From the IMG/VR virus record IMGVR_UViG_3300031994_005371: a stretch of DNA of 64,000 nt; one strand, 5' to 3'. The position numbers and the translations under genes are program-made. This stretch comes from an uncultured virus (IMG/VR IMGVR_UViG_3300031994_005371) (taxonomy: Duplodnaviria > Heunggongvirae > Uroviricota > Caudoviricetes). Positions 17,375-28,000 of this stretch are shown in pieces (position 1 is the stretch's first letter; each line of letters opens with the position of its first letter). The notes beneath the pieces are model-generated. The model saw only the letters and a program-made list of their open reading frames with translations. It was not told where the DNA came from and did no database searches.

Positions 17375-19030
17375 TTAACTTCCAAAAAAGCTCCAGTCGC
17401 CACGGCGCACGCGGCGCGTAGCCTTTGCATTGTCGGCCCGGTCCACCGCGTAGAGCAAAGCCTCGATAAAGTCCGGGGAATGGCCCAGCAGGGCAATCAT
17501 ATCCTTCTTTTTAATCAGCGAGCGGGGGCTTTCATTCTCAATCCATTTCAGCACGATGCGCTCTTGCATGAGCCGCTCTTCGATAGTGAACGGCACGCGC
17601 TTATCCATGAAGATTCTACGAAGCACGTTTTCCTCAATCGACATTTCGCCGTTCTGGATTTTGTCAATGAGAATACCGGCACATTCGGATTTGCGCTTTG
17701 TATATGCCGTTTTGTCCCGTGCCGGGCCTTTGTTGTCAAACGCATGCGCCCGGCGCAGGTCCTCGGACTGGCGGAGCCAGTTACCTACTCCGTTCACGTC
17801 ATAGGCGAAATCCTCATCGGCCACTTCGTTGCGTTTAAGAAAAGCCTTGATGCGAGGCACAACGTCCTCGGCGGTCACGTACTTTATCGCCTCTACGTCA
17901 ATGATATGCCAGCCGTCCATAGCCCAAAGCACAAGCCAGTCACCACGGAGCGCAATATCACCTCCGGCAACCCTGCGCCCGTTCGTTTGGGGGGCGTTTT
18001 GGAAAAACTTATACATATCCCCGGCGGTAATGAGCGAGCCGGTATCGTCAATATCCCGCCAAACGCCCCTAATATCGTTTATAACGGCCTTTGAGCCGCC
18101 GGACGATATTCTGTTCATATACTTCGGGTCGGACGCTTGCAGAATCTTATTTTCGCCAAATTCGCCGTCGATAAACGTAAGCGAGGTAATAAATTCTTTA
18201 TAGTCCCGGTCCGGGTTATCCGTAAGCGAGTTGATTTTGTTGCGGGCGTTGGGGTTGCGATAGACCTCTTCCGGGGTATCGCCCCAAGCGATTTCCGTAA
18301 CGTCCTCGCCGTAACGGCAGAAGTAGCGAATCTTTCCAGAGCGGGCCGGTATCGCCTCGTCCGTTTCCGGGTCAATCCACCAGTCCAGCAGCCAGCGCAG
18401 CTTATTTGATTTACCAACGGGGTTGCAGGTACAAATGAAACGAGCCGGGAGGCCGGTGGTGGAACGGTTGGAGCCCATGAGGTCAAAAATCACGTTCAGG
18501 TTATCCCGGGTGAACTCGGCCAGCTCCTCAATGACAATATAAGGCATTTCCGCACCACGGAAACGGTCTTTTACCGCTTTGAGGTCCGCCAAGTGCTCCA
18601 TTTTCATTGTGGCCCCGGCCCCGCCAAAGAACTTTGCTTCAAAGGACGTGTCGGCGAACGAGGCGAATCCACGGAAGATAGGCTTACAAGACTTCCAAAT
18701 ACCACGCTTTACGTCGTTTTCAAGGCGACGAAAGCCATACATGTTAACGTCGGGGTTTTCCGCGTAGTAAAGAGCACCTATAAGGCTTATGGCTGTTTTG
18801 CCAGCGCCACGTTTTCCTCCGCAAATGGTAATGTCGGCTTTACTGGTTAGCACCTTTTCCTGGAATCCCTCTTGTGGAATCAAATCCCAAATGCGTTTTC
18901 CGAGGCGCTTTTGCTCCAGATTTTCGTGCCGAATCTTTTGTGCGTACTCATACGAATACACCTCGACGCCATATTGCAGAAACACGGGGTCAAGGTACTG
19001 CTTATCGTCTATGACGGTTTGCTCGCTCAT
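17375..19030 (-). CDS. terL: Terminase large subunit
   Basis: PQEGFQ, GGKRGAGKT, IVIEE, TCNP, nuclease GGDIA...YDVNGVG...SPDFIEAL. Confidence 0.9.
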   Translation of the reverse strand: MSEQTVIDDKQYLDPVFLQYGVEVYSYEYAQKIRHENLEQKRLGKRIWDLIPQEGFQEKVLTSKADITICGGKRGAGKTAISLIGALYYAENPDVNMYGFRRLENDVKRGIWKSCKPIFRGFASFADTSFEAKFFGGAGATMKMEHLADLKAVKDRFRGAEMPYIVIEELAEFTRDNLNVIFDLMGSNRSTTGLPARFICTCNPVGKSNKLRWLLDWWIDPETDEAIPARSGKIRYFCRYGEDVTEIAWGDTPEEVYRNPNARNKINSLTDNPDRDYKEFITSLTFIDGEFGENKILQASDPKYMNRISSGGSKAVINDIRGVWRDIDDTGSLITAGDMYKFFQNAPQTNGRRVAGGDIALRGDWLVLWAMDGWHIIDVEAIKYVTAEDVVPRIKAFLKRNEVADEDFAYDVNGVGNWLRQSEDLRRAHAFDNKGPARDKTAYTKRKSECAGILIDKIQNGEMSIEENVLRRIFMDKRVPFTIEERLMQERIVLKWIENESPRSLIKKKDMIALLGHSPDFIEALLYAVDRADNAKATRRVRRGDWSFFGS

Positions 19031-19035
19031 TCTTT

Positions 19036-19110
19036 TGCAAAGATTGTAATTTGTTTTCAATACAAATCAATATTTATTGAAATGTATTGATTTTTTAGCC
19101 TTATATTTGC
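19036..19110. promoter_or_regulatory. Divergent late promoters with four TCAATA/TATTGA boxes
   Basis: TCAATA-N4-TCAATA-N2-TATTGA-N4-TATTGA (19057-19090) between AATCTTTG (minus) and TATATTTG (plus). Confidence 0.6.
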
Positions 19111-19116
19111 CCGTGT

Positions 19117-19278
19117 ATGGACGAAAAGAGCGCAAATACCGGTGTGCAGATTGTCTGCCCGCTTTGCAAGCAGACTTTTCCGGTACGAGTACAAGAACTC
19201 ACGGGAAAGCTGCGGCTCTCGGTCCGATGCCCTCACTGCAAGCGCATTAGCGAGCTTACATTGAGCGATATAAAATAG
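19117..19278 (+). CDS. 53-aa zinc-ribbon protein (Mu Com-like), not in the ORF track
   Basis: MDEKSANTGVQIVCPLCKQ...LSVRCPHCKRISELTLSDIK. Confidence 0.7.
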   Translation: MDEKSANTGVQIVCPLCKQTFPVRVQELTGKLRLSVRCPHCKRISELTLSDIK

Positions 19279-19330
19279 CCAGCGCCATGAGCGCACAATA
19301 GAGGCCACCAGAGTTACATGATAACCGAAT

Positions 19331-19377
19331 AGGCCCGGAGTAGAAATCCCGTGTGGGTTTCCGCTTCGGGTTTTTTG
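19331..19377 (+). terminator. Terminator-like hairpin upstream of the head genes
   Basis: GCCCGGAG...CTTCGGGT followed by a T run. Confidence 0.55.
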
Positions 19378-19402
19378 TATAACCCAGTTCATTGAAAGCA
19401 AA

Positions 19403-20071
19403 ATGAAACAAAAAATTATTGATGCGTTCAAGACGAAGTATTTGAGCTTTGGATTGAGCAACGAGGCTATTGACCGGATTGCCTCTGCATTGGAAAAGAC
19501 AGTCACCAAAGAAGAGGAAATCGCAGAGGCTTTGGCAAAAGTCGATACGATGAACCTTATCGCAAGTGAGCTTCAAAAGATGCGTGACAAGGAGATTCAA
19601 ACGCGAACCGACTTGCAGAACTCTTTTGAGGATTACAAAAAGAAGCACCCCGAAAGCAATCCTGACCCGGACCCCGACCCGGACCCCAACAAGGAACCCG
19701 AATGGGCCAAAACACTGCGCCAGCAGAACGAGCAGCTCCTCGCCCGCCAAAAGGCCGAGGACGATGCAAAAGCCCAGAAGGAACTTATCGCAAGGCTCGA
19801 GGCTGGACTGAAAAAGGCCGGTTGCGTCAATGCCGGTATCCTTGCCGGAGTACTGAAAGGCGTTGCCCTTCAGAAAGACGAAACCGAGGAGGCCGCGATT
19901 GAAAGGCTCAAAGGCGACTATAACGCCTCTGTGAAAGCAATCTTTGGCGACGGCCCTATTCCACCGGCGGCAGGTGGTAGTGCTTTCGGTGACGCAAAGA
20001 CCGCTCTTGACAAAAAGAACGCTTTTCTGCGCCAGCAGGGACTTCTCCCGGAACCCCAAAAAGCACAGTAA
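19403..20071 (+). CDS. Putative capsid scaffolding protein
   Basis: Position before the head genes; helical, with PDPDPDP linker and PEWAK. Confidence 0.65.
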   Translation: MKQKIIDAFKTKYLSFGLSNEAIDRIASALEKTVTKEEEIAEALAKVDTMNLIASELQKMRDKEIQTRTDLQNSFEDYKKKHPESNPDPDPDPDPNKEPEWAKTLRQQNEQLLARQKAEDDAKAQKELIARLEAGLKKAGCVNAGILAGVLKGVALQKDETEEAAIERLKGDYNASVKAIFGDGPIPPAAGGSAFGDAKTALDKKNAFLRQQGLLPEPQKAQ

Positions 20072-20089
20072 CCTTTAACTCAAAGCACC

Positions 20090-20743
20090 ATGCCTAAATT
20101 CAGCTCTTTCAACGCTTATGGCTCCGAGGCTAACGAAATCGGCCAGAGCCATGTTCCCGTTTGGCTTGGTACGGTTGCTCCTCACGCGGTAGGTGGTATG
20201 CTTAATACCGCTTTCTTGAAGAAGGGCCTCCGTATTCCCGCCGGTACGGGTGTAAACCTGACTGCGGGTGTCATTAACCCGCTCCTTACCTACGTGGTTA
20301 AGGCTGTGAATACTGGCGTGATTACCATTGACCCGAAGGAATATGGTTTCACCCCCGCTGTCGGCGAGTATCTGTTCCTCGTGAACGCTGATAGCTTCGC
20401 CTCCAACGGTAGCCCCGTCGCAATCACCGCCGTTGCCGCCAACGCCGCTAACTCCGCACTTCTGGACGTAACCGTCGCCATTGAAGGTGTGGCCGTCGGA
20501 AGTGTTGTAGCTTTCGCCCCCACCAGCGGGGCCGTTCCCGCCCCTAACGGCTATCTCTACAACGACATTTACCTCGGTGGAATCGAAGTCACCGCCGCGA
20601 CTATCGCCGACAAGACCGCCGCCGCCTCTGGTGCTGTCGTTGATTTCCACGGAGAGGGCCTGCTCGTTGAGCTTACCCCTTGCGCCGGAATCGAGAAAGC
20701 CATGAAGGCCGCCGTTCCGAACGTAATCCAGGTGCTCGTTTAA
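20090..20743 (+). CDS. Putative head decoration protein
   Basis: Between scaffold and capsid; Ala/Val/Gly-rich. Confidence 0.6.
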   Translation: MPKFSSFNAYGSEANEIGQSHVPVWLGTVAPHAVGGMLNTAFLKKGLRIPAGTGVNLTAGVINPLLTYVVKAVNTGVITIDPKEYGFTPAVGEYLFLVNADSFASNGSPVAITAVAANAANSALLDVTVAIEGVAVGSVVAFAPTSGAVPAPNGYLYNDIYLGGIEVTAATIADKTAAASGAVVDFHGEGLLVELTPCAGIEKAMKAAVPNVIQVLV

Positions 20744-20769
20744 CCCTTAACGAATAGGAGAAAAACACT

Positions 20770-21939
20770 ATGGATACCTACCAGATTCAATTCTACGACC
20801 TGCTTTCCCGCGCCCTCGGCGCTGGCGAGAGCATTCAGTCCTTCCTGGACAACACTATGGCGCTGAAGTACAACGCCCTGCAGCTGGACGGCTTCACCTT
20901 TGAGCCGTTCATGCAGACCGATTTCACCTACGAGCAGATTGTCGGCGAGCTCGGCCTGAACGTCATGGCGCAGTACTACGACGTTGACTCCCCCGCTCTG
21001 CCTGACGGGACCCAGGGCTTCAAGTCCTACACCGGCAAGATTCCTCGCATGAAGAAGGTGGAATACTTCAACGAGGATAAGCTCCGCAAGATGAAGCTCG
21101 TTGAGGACCGCAAGTCCTCCACCCCGGAGCAGATTGCGGAAATCGCCTATCAGCAGCTCTTCATCACCGTTGACAAGCTGATTGGCGGTCACACCAACGC
21201 CCTGACCTATCAGCGCCACCAGGCCGTTTCTACGGGTAAGTTCGTTATCAACAGCGCCAACAACCCGAAGGGTGTCAAGAACATCACCCTGGATTACCAT
21301 GTACCTGCTGCCAACAAGACCATCCTGCCTTCTGACAGCACTCGCTGGTGGACCTCCACCACGCATACCCAGGCCAACGAGGGCGCAAACTCCAACCCCG
21401 TGAAGGACCTTACCGACATTGTGGCGAAAGCCCGTTATGCCGGTGTTCGCGGTCATTTCGAGGTGGAAATCGACTACCTGAAGGAAGTCCTTGCTCACAG
21501 CAAGGTGCTGGCCCAGATTGGCGTCGCTACCCTGCCCGCCTCCGATTCCACCGCCCAGATTGCCTACGCCGGCATTCTGTCCTACGAGGCCAAGAAGTCC
21601 GCGCTGGAGAGCCTTATCGGCGCTCCTATCAAGGCTATCGACGCCCTTGTGCCGGTAGAGTCTATCGACAAGGCCGAAAAGGCATTCACCCGCCAGAACA
21701 TTAACGCCTTCGAAAAGAACGTGTTTGTGTTCGTTCCCGACGGTGAAATCGGTACTGTAAAGACCGTTGAGCCTATCGCCATTGAGGGCGGCAACTACGC
21801 CTCCTTCTACGGTGGCAAGCTCCTGCTGACCGTCGGCGTTGATTTCGTGAAGAAGTGCCAGAGCTACAACACGGAAATGACCTCGCTCGTCATTCCTTCC
21901 GTGCCGCAGTACTTCTGGTATCTGTTCCCCAACGCCTAA
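20770..21939 (+). CDS. Major capsid protein (lambda gpE-like)
   Basis: 389 aa, strongly biased codons, LDYHVPAANK...NPVKDL. Confidence 0.8.
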   Translation: MDTYQIQFYDLLSRALGAGESIQSFLDNTMALKYNALQLDGFTFEPFMQTDFTYEQIVGELGLNVMAQYYDVDSPALPDGTQGFKSYTGKIPRMKKVEYFNEDKLRKMKLVEDRKSSTPEQIAEIAYQQLFITVDKLIGGHTNALTYQRHQAVSTGKFVINSANNPKGVKNITLDYHVPAANKTILPSDSTRWWTSTTHTQANEGANSNPVKDLTDIVAKARYAGVRGHFEVEIDYLKEVLAHSKVLAQIGVATLPASDSTAQIAYAGILSYEAKKSALESLIGAPIKAIDALVPVESIDKAEKAFTRQNINAFEKNVFVFVPDGEIGTVKTVEPIAIEGGNYASFYGGKLLLTVGVDFVKKCQSYNTEMTSLVIPSVPQYFWYLFPNA

Positions 21940-21970
21940 AGACCGCGCTAATCCCTAATTGAAGGAAGAA

Positions 21971-22345
21971 ATGGCAGACATAAGCACAAACCTAACTTTC
22001 GTAAGGTGGCTCCGGGCAAAGTCCGAGCCGTTCATGGACCTTTCCGATGATTTCCTTTTCTCTGTCCTCATCGGGCGGGACATTACGGACGATTCCATGC
22101 TTTATTCCGAAGCTACCGAGAAACAAAAGGACCTCTGCCTCGCAGACGTGTATTATGCCGCTGCCGTTTCTTCCGTCAAGACGGGGACGCAGGGCGAATC
22201 CGATGGCGGGTGGACCCATTACGTCGCAATCAAGAACGCCGTTAACCGCTCCGGCTTGCTGGATATGGCGAAGGCGCTCTACGACAAGTGGGGCGAGTCC
22301 TTCATTGACCCGCGGAATAAAATCCGCATGAAGCCTTTGTATTAG
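21971..22345 (+). CDS. Putative head-tail adaptor
   Basis: Synteny and size. Confidence 0.55.
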   Translation: MADISTNLTFVRWLRAKSEPFMDLSDDFLFSVLIGRDITDDSMLYSEATEKQKDLCLADVYYAAAVSSVKTGTQGESDGGWTHYVAIKNAVNRSGLLDMAKALYDKWGESFIDPRNKIRMKPLY

Positions 22346-22346
22346 T

Positions 22347-22757
22347 ATGTATAACCCCCGTTGGCCCCATACCTTCGTTATCAAGGGCGTGTCCCTTGAC
22401 GAAAACGGACTCCCCGTTACTGACGACCAGGGACGACCGGTTGAAAGCGAAGTGACGCTGAAAAAGTGCATTTATGATTCCAACTGGAACCCCCGCTTCA
22501 ACAGCGACGGGACTTACGCTTATGAGGAGGTAACGGCTATGCCGTGGGGTTATCGTACTTCTACGGGCGGTCTTAAAACCGCAGGCGACGTGATTGTTGC
22601 CGACTACAAGATTTCCACCCCCAAATGCCTTACCGAAATCCCCACGGGGACCATTTTGGAGCTTACGGACGATACGCACACTTTCCTCGGAAAGGTGATG
22701 AAGTTCACAACCTACAACTGGGGTACTGACATTTGGCTTGACAACGTGAAAAACTAA
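22347..22757 (+). CDS. Putative head closure protein
   Basis: Synteny; beta-rich. Confidence 0.5.
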   Translation: MYNPRWPHTFVIKGVSLDENGLPVTDDQGRPVESEVTLKKCIYDSNWNPRFNSDGTYAYEEVTAMPWGYRTSTGGLKTAGDVIVADYKISTPKCLTEIPTGTILELTDDTHTFLGKVMKFTTYNWGTDIWLDNVKN

Positions 22758-23206
22758 TGAGCCTGAAAAGTGATAACGACCGCAAGATAAAAGCAGGATT
22801 CAAACGCCTCGGACTCCTCAAAGACATTGTTATTGAGAACGGCATGAAGAGGCTTATGAACGATGCTATGATGATTGCCCTCGCCACTCACGACCACGAC
22901 CATTGGTTTCACAAGTCTACGGATAATTCCTACGGCTGGCTTGTGCTCCACGACGGAGCGCACGTAGACCACCGGACGAATACCGGAAAGCACGGCGAGG
23001 GAAGCGCCTATACGGAGCTTATGCGGGCTTCCGAGTCCGCTCCCAAAACCGGTTGGGTTGGAATCCTCCTTGCCGACATGGGCGAGGTCCACGACAACGA
23101 GAAGGGCAAATACTACTTGTTTCACCTTGATTACGAAATTAACCTGCTGGAGCTTACCCGGCAAGACATTGAGGAGCAATTTGATACTTATTTCAAACCG
23201 CTGTAA
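22757..23206 (+). CDS. Putative neck/tail completion protein
   Basis: Synteny. Confidence 0.5.
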   Translation: MSLKSDNDRKIKAGFKRLGLLKDIVIENGMKRLMNDAMMIALATHDHDHWFHKSTDNSYGWLVLHDGAHVDHRTNTGKHGEGSAYTELMRASESAPKTGWVGILLADMGEVHDNEKGKYYLFHLDYEINLLELTRQDIEEQFDTYFKPL

Positions 23207-23595
23207 TGCTTAACAACTTTGACATATCGGACATTGAAAAACTTATCTCCGACAAGGTAAGGGAGCTCGGTGTTTCCGAAAACGTCTGGAACAACAGACC
23301 GAAGGCCACCAACGACAAGATTTCGGATTTTGTCGTTGTGAAGGTTTCCGGCGGCATTTCCGACAAGGCCGCTTATGGCGATTGCCGGGTGCTCGTTTAT
23401 CTGTTTGCCCGTGACATTAAGGAAATGAAAAACTCCAAGCGTTTGTCCGTTATGCAGCAGAAGTTGAGGGAGCTACCCCTTTGGATTGAGCCGCTCCTTA
23501 TCAACGGAAAACCTCGCGTAATCGGTGATACCGCAGACGATTTTGGGTTTCACACAAGGATATTGAATTTCAAAGTATTTATAAAATCTAAATAG
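23206..23595 (+). CDS. Putative tail terminator
   Basis: Synteny, before the tail tube gene. Confidence 0.5.
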   Translation: MLNNFDISDIEKLISDKVRELGVSENVWNNRPKATNDKISDFVVVKVSGGISDKAAYGDCRVLVYLFARDIKEMKNSKRLSVMQQKLRELPLWIEPLLINGKPRVIGDTADDFGFHTRILNFKVFIKSK

Positions 23596-23597
23596 CT

Positions 23598-24191
23598 ATG
23601 GCTAACACTGCTACTCTTACTCAAGCTATGCTTGACGACCTCCATATCGGCAACGCATCGCTGTCCCTGCTGGCCTACAACGCCGCAGGCGTAGACATTT
23701 CTGCCGCTATGGACTTCTCCAACGCGGACCAGATTTTCACGCTCGAGGGCTCTTTCAACCTTTCCGCTGACGACCCCTCCAGCTCTGAAATCCGCATCGA
23801 CCAGCATCAGAAGGTTATCGACCAGAACATTGAAAAGGGCGGTAACTGGCGCATGACCGGCAACATTCCTTCCGTTGCACAGGCCCTCATTGAATACTTC
23901 TTCACCGAGGGCGTGGCTACCGGCACTATCACCGGCTCCAACGGAAAGACCTATACCGGCAAGGGATTCCTTTCCACCCCGGAAACTATCGAGGTTTCTA
24001 TCCTCGTGGAGTCCGAGTCCCAGAACACGGCAATCCTCTTCCCTCACGTGAAACTCATTGTTTCCCCCGTGAAGAAAGACGACAACACCAACCCCGCCTA
24101 CCTCACCTTCACGGGATTCATTCTCCCCAACCCCTTCAAGAAGGAGGGTGCGCTCGTTGGCGACTTCGCCGTGCTGAAGGCCGCTGCTTAA
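23598..24191 (+). CDS. Major tail tube protein
   Basis: Biased codons; precedes chaperone and tape measure genes. Confidence 0.7.
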   Translation: MANTATLTQAMLDDLHIGNASLSLLAYNAAGVDISAAMDFSNADQIFTLEGSFNLSADDPSSSEIRIDQHQKVIDQNIEKGGNWRMTGNIPSVAQALIEYFFTEGVATGTITGSNGKTYTGKGFLSTPETIEVSILVESESQNTAILFPHVKLIVSPVKKDDNTNPAYLTFTGFILPNPFKKEGALVGDFAVLKAAA

Positions 24192-24261
24192 CCGGCGTAA
24201 CGGAACCTAAACCGAGGGGCTGGGTGTGCAAAGCCCTGCCCCTTTTTAAATCCAAGAACAC

Positions 24262-25058
24262 ATGAAACAGCCTACCCTTGAACAAAGGAAAGAGTATCTG
24301 GATATAGAGCAAAACTCCGTGTCCGTAGTACCGATTAAGGGCACAAAGAAAAGTGTCAGGCTTCGTTGGCTGAAGCCCTATACGATTGAGCGAATCACGC
24401 AAATTTGGATTGAGCGTGACCTCGCTGCTGCCCGGCTGGAAAAGGGCGCGGACGTACTGAAAGACCTTGCAAAAGAGCCGTATTTCGCCTTTAAGGAGGC
24501 GGCGCTGATGATTCTTAACCACGATATTAAGATTCGGTTTTTCTACCCGCTTTTGTGGCGTTGGCTGGCGCTCCGTTACGACGAAACGCAGATAGCCCCG
24601 ATTGTGGAAGAAGGTAAAAAAAAACTTCCGCTTTTAGCACACTACGGGACTATGGCGTACTCGCTGGATATGAGGACGGACTTAATGAAGATGACGAAAC
24701 GCGAAGCAGAGCAATACCGAGCAGAACTTCTATTGGGTGCGAAGCAGCTTTCTGCAAAGACTTCCCCGGGTACGGACAGCCCCGCTGGAGGCTCTTCCGT
24801 TGGGAGCGAAACTTCGGCTACCGATGCGTCCTAACATTCGCCCAAATTGAGCTTATGCAGGCCGATTTGCCGCACACTTTGTACCGTGGCTATAAATCCA
24901 CCGTCGGCGACAAGAAAGGGCCTAAAAAGCCGTTTAAAATCAATCCAAAGGACCCGGCAATAGCGCGGCAAGAGGAAGCCAATCGCCGGGCCGCTGAAAG
25001 GAGAGCCGCGCGAATGGCCGGGACAGCCCCGGTCACTATGAACGAGGTTTTTAAATAG
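24262..25058 (+). CDS. Tail assembly chaperone G (24262-24834) and -1 frameshifted GT form (to 25058)
   Basis: A9 slippery run at 24616-24624; the -1 frame opens immediately after it and stays open to 25058. Confidence 0.75.
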
Positions 25059-25069
25059 AAATCAACACT

Positions 25070-28000
25070 ATGGCCGGAACGATTGAATCTTTGGATTTTG
25101 AAGTTATCCTCAAAGACGATAAGTTCAAAAAGAGTATAGACAATGACTTGAAGCTGGCGAGGGAACTCAACACAAGGCTCACGGATATTCTTAACCTGAA
25201 AAAGCGCCTGAACAACGAAACGACCACCCAGCTCGTCAATGCTGAAAAGGTCCGGCAGGCCGAGGCGAAAACAGCCCAGGAAATTGCCAAGACCGCTCTT
25301 GAACAGCAGAAAGTGGCAACCGAGGTCGAGCGCACCCGTATTCTCCAGGAAAAACACACCGGGGCCGCCAAAAAGACGACCGCCGAATACGTCAATATGA
25401 AGTCCGTCCTCCGCACGCTGTCCCAGCTAACCGGGGTTGCGTTCTCTGTTGTTGGTATTCGCCGGTTCCTCGAGTCGATGATTGATATTACCGGGCAATT
25501 CGAGGTGCAGCGCATGGCCCTGCGGAACATGCTCCAAGACGTTGACGGCGCAGACAAGATTTTCGAGGACCTTTACCGCTTCAGCTCCGATTCCACTTAC
25601 CGATTCTCCGAATTGGCAAAGTACGCCAAGCAGCTTTCCGCGTTCAATATCGACAAGGGCTCGCTCCTTGAAACGACCAAGATGCTCGGTGACGTCGCCT
25701 CCGGCGTGGGCGTTTCTATGGACCGGCTGATTCTTGCTTACGGCCATGTGAAATCCTCCGGCTTCCTTCGTGGTATTCAGCTTCGTTCTTTCTCCCAGAA
25801 CGGCGTGCCGATTCTCGACGAGCTTGCAAAAATGTTCAGCGAAACCGAAAAGCGGGCCGTGTCTTTGGGCGAGGTGTTCGACCGCATGACAAAGCGCGAA
25901 ATCCCATTTGAAATGGTGGAGGAGGCTTTCCGCCGCATGACCTCCGAGGGCGGTAAATTCTACCAGATGCAGGAGGTTTTGGCAAAGACGCTCGCCGGGC
26001 AGATTAACATTCTGAAAGGCCGTTGGGAAAATATGCTTGCGGCTATCGGCCAGGCCAACTCCGGCCCGATTAAAGACGTTGTTTCGACCGTTTCCAACCT
26101 AATTGCCAACTACGACCAGCTCGGACGGAAGATTGCCGAGCTTATTGTCGTTTACGGCGCTTACAAGGCCGCTGTGTTCCTGATGACCGCCGTAAGCGAG
26201 GGGCTCTTTGTTGCTACATTCAACCTTCGGCTTGCTTTTGAGAAGCTGGAGCTTGCGCTCTTAAAGAATCCTTTTGCGCTAATTGCCGCCACGGTAACGG
26301 CAACCGGCTATGCGCTTTATCAGTTCAATACGGCCCTTTCCGACTCCGAGAAAATCACCCAGACCGCAGAAAGGGGCGTCCAAAAGTATCGAGCGTCGCT
26401 GGAATCCGAAAAGGCGGAGCTTGAACGCCTTTTCGCCAAGCTCAAATACGCCACTGAAGGCACAAAGGAATACGACGCGGCCAAGCTGGCTATTCAAAAC
26501 CGATTCGGACCCTACTTAAAGCAACTTCAAGATGAGGGCGTTGCGGTTGATAATCTGGCCGGGACGTATGACAACCTCAAAAAGAAAATCACCGAGGCTC
26601 AAATGGCGCGTTTCTTTGAAAGCGAGTCCGATTCCGTCAGCAAGTCGTATGCGACCGCCACGGACAATATCTACTCGTCCTTCAAAAAGACAATGGAGGC
26701 CCACAAGGTTGCTATTGACGAGCAGGAAGCAATCTGGCACTACATTACAACTGGTGAATACCTCGGAAACGACCGCAATAAGCTCGGCCTGCAGGTGGGT
26801 ACTATCGGCCTTCCTGGCTCGTTCACATACAAGGATTTTGGCCGTTCCGCTCTTTCTCTCCGCAAAGATTTTGAAGCGGCAACAACTGCGTATGATGCTG
26901 GAATGTCTATGTTGGAGGACGTGCTGGAGGTACACAAAAGGCGTATCGCCCAGACCGGAGGCGAAACCGCCGACGAGCTCACTTACAATATCGCATCTAT
27001 CGTTGAGGGAATCAAGAAATACGACAAGGATATTCAGGCCATCCGCGACAAGGCGAAAAAGGGCTCTATCACCGCCGACGAAAAGACCACCCTCGCGAGC
27101 CTTGTGGCCTCCCGTAAGGAGCAGGCAGACCTCTACAAGGAAATCATGGGCGTTGACTACGACAAGGGCACGCGCCGTAGCGAACGTGCTTCCGAGAAGG
27201 CAGAGAAAGACGCGATAAACCGCCTTAAAACGCGAATCGCCCTTCTGGAGAAGTACTTGTCTATCTATGAGAAAATCGAGCCTATAAAGGGCGAAAAAAC
27301 GGCAGATTGGCTTGCGGAAACTATGGGCGGCAAGCCGGGCGATTACAAAGACCTTGATAAGCAGATTTTGGCCCTTACCGGCGAACTTCGCAAGCTCGGC
27401 GACGCTGGTACGGAGGCCGCAGACGCAATCGAGGCCCGGCTCGGCCTTGACGCGGCCAGCCAGCTTGTAAAGCAGTTCAAGGCCGACAAGAAAGCCGCCG
27501 AGGACGCTGAAAAGGCGCTCAATAAGTACCTTGATGCGCTGGAGAAATGGGCTGACAAGACGCAAGAAATAACCGGCGTTGGCTCCGCCGGGAAGATTAG
27601 CAAAGCAATCGCGGCGTACCGGAAAGCCCTCGCGGATAATGACACGAAATTCCGCAACATGGCCGTACTCGGAACGAGCGCATACTCCGATGATATTACC
27701 GGCCAGGGCCGCGAAATTGGTAAGCTGATGAACCTTTGGGCGCAGAATAGGGCTAATGCTATGGCCGACCTTCGTTCAAAGCTCAATGAGTATGCCGATG
27801 ATATTTTGAAGGAACAGCTGGAGGGCTTTGACCTTACCAACTGGAACGACAAGACGCTTTCGCAGATTGACGCGATTAAGGCCGCGCTGGAGGGCATGGA
27901 AGTCCCGGAGGATATTAAGCTCATGCTTAAAGACTACCCGGAACTCTTGAAGGAACTTTCCGAAAAGCTCGCCGAGCTGGCTAACGCCAAACTCGCGAAC

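Noticed and set aside
19660..19690. GACCCG tandem repeats
   Set aside because: Simple Pro-Asp linker coding in the scaffold protein
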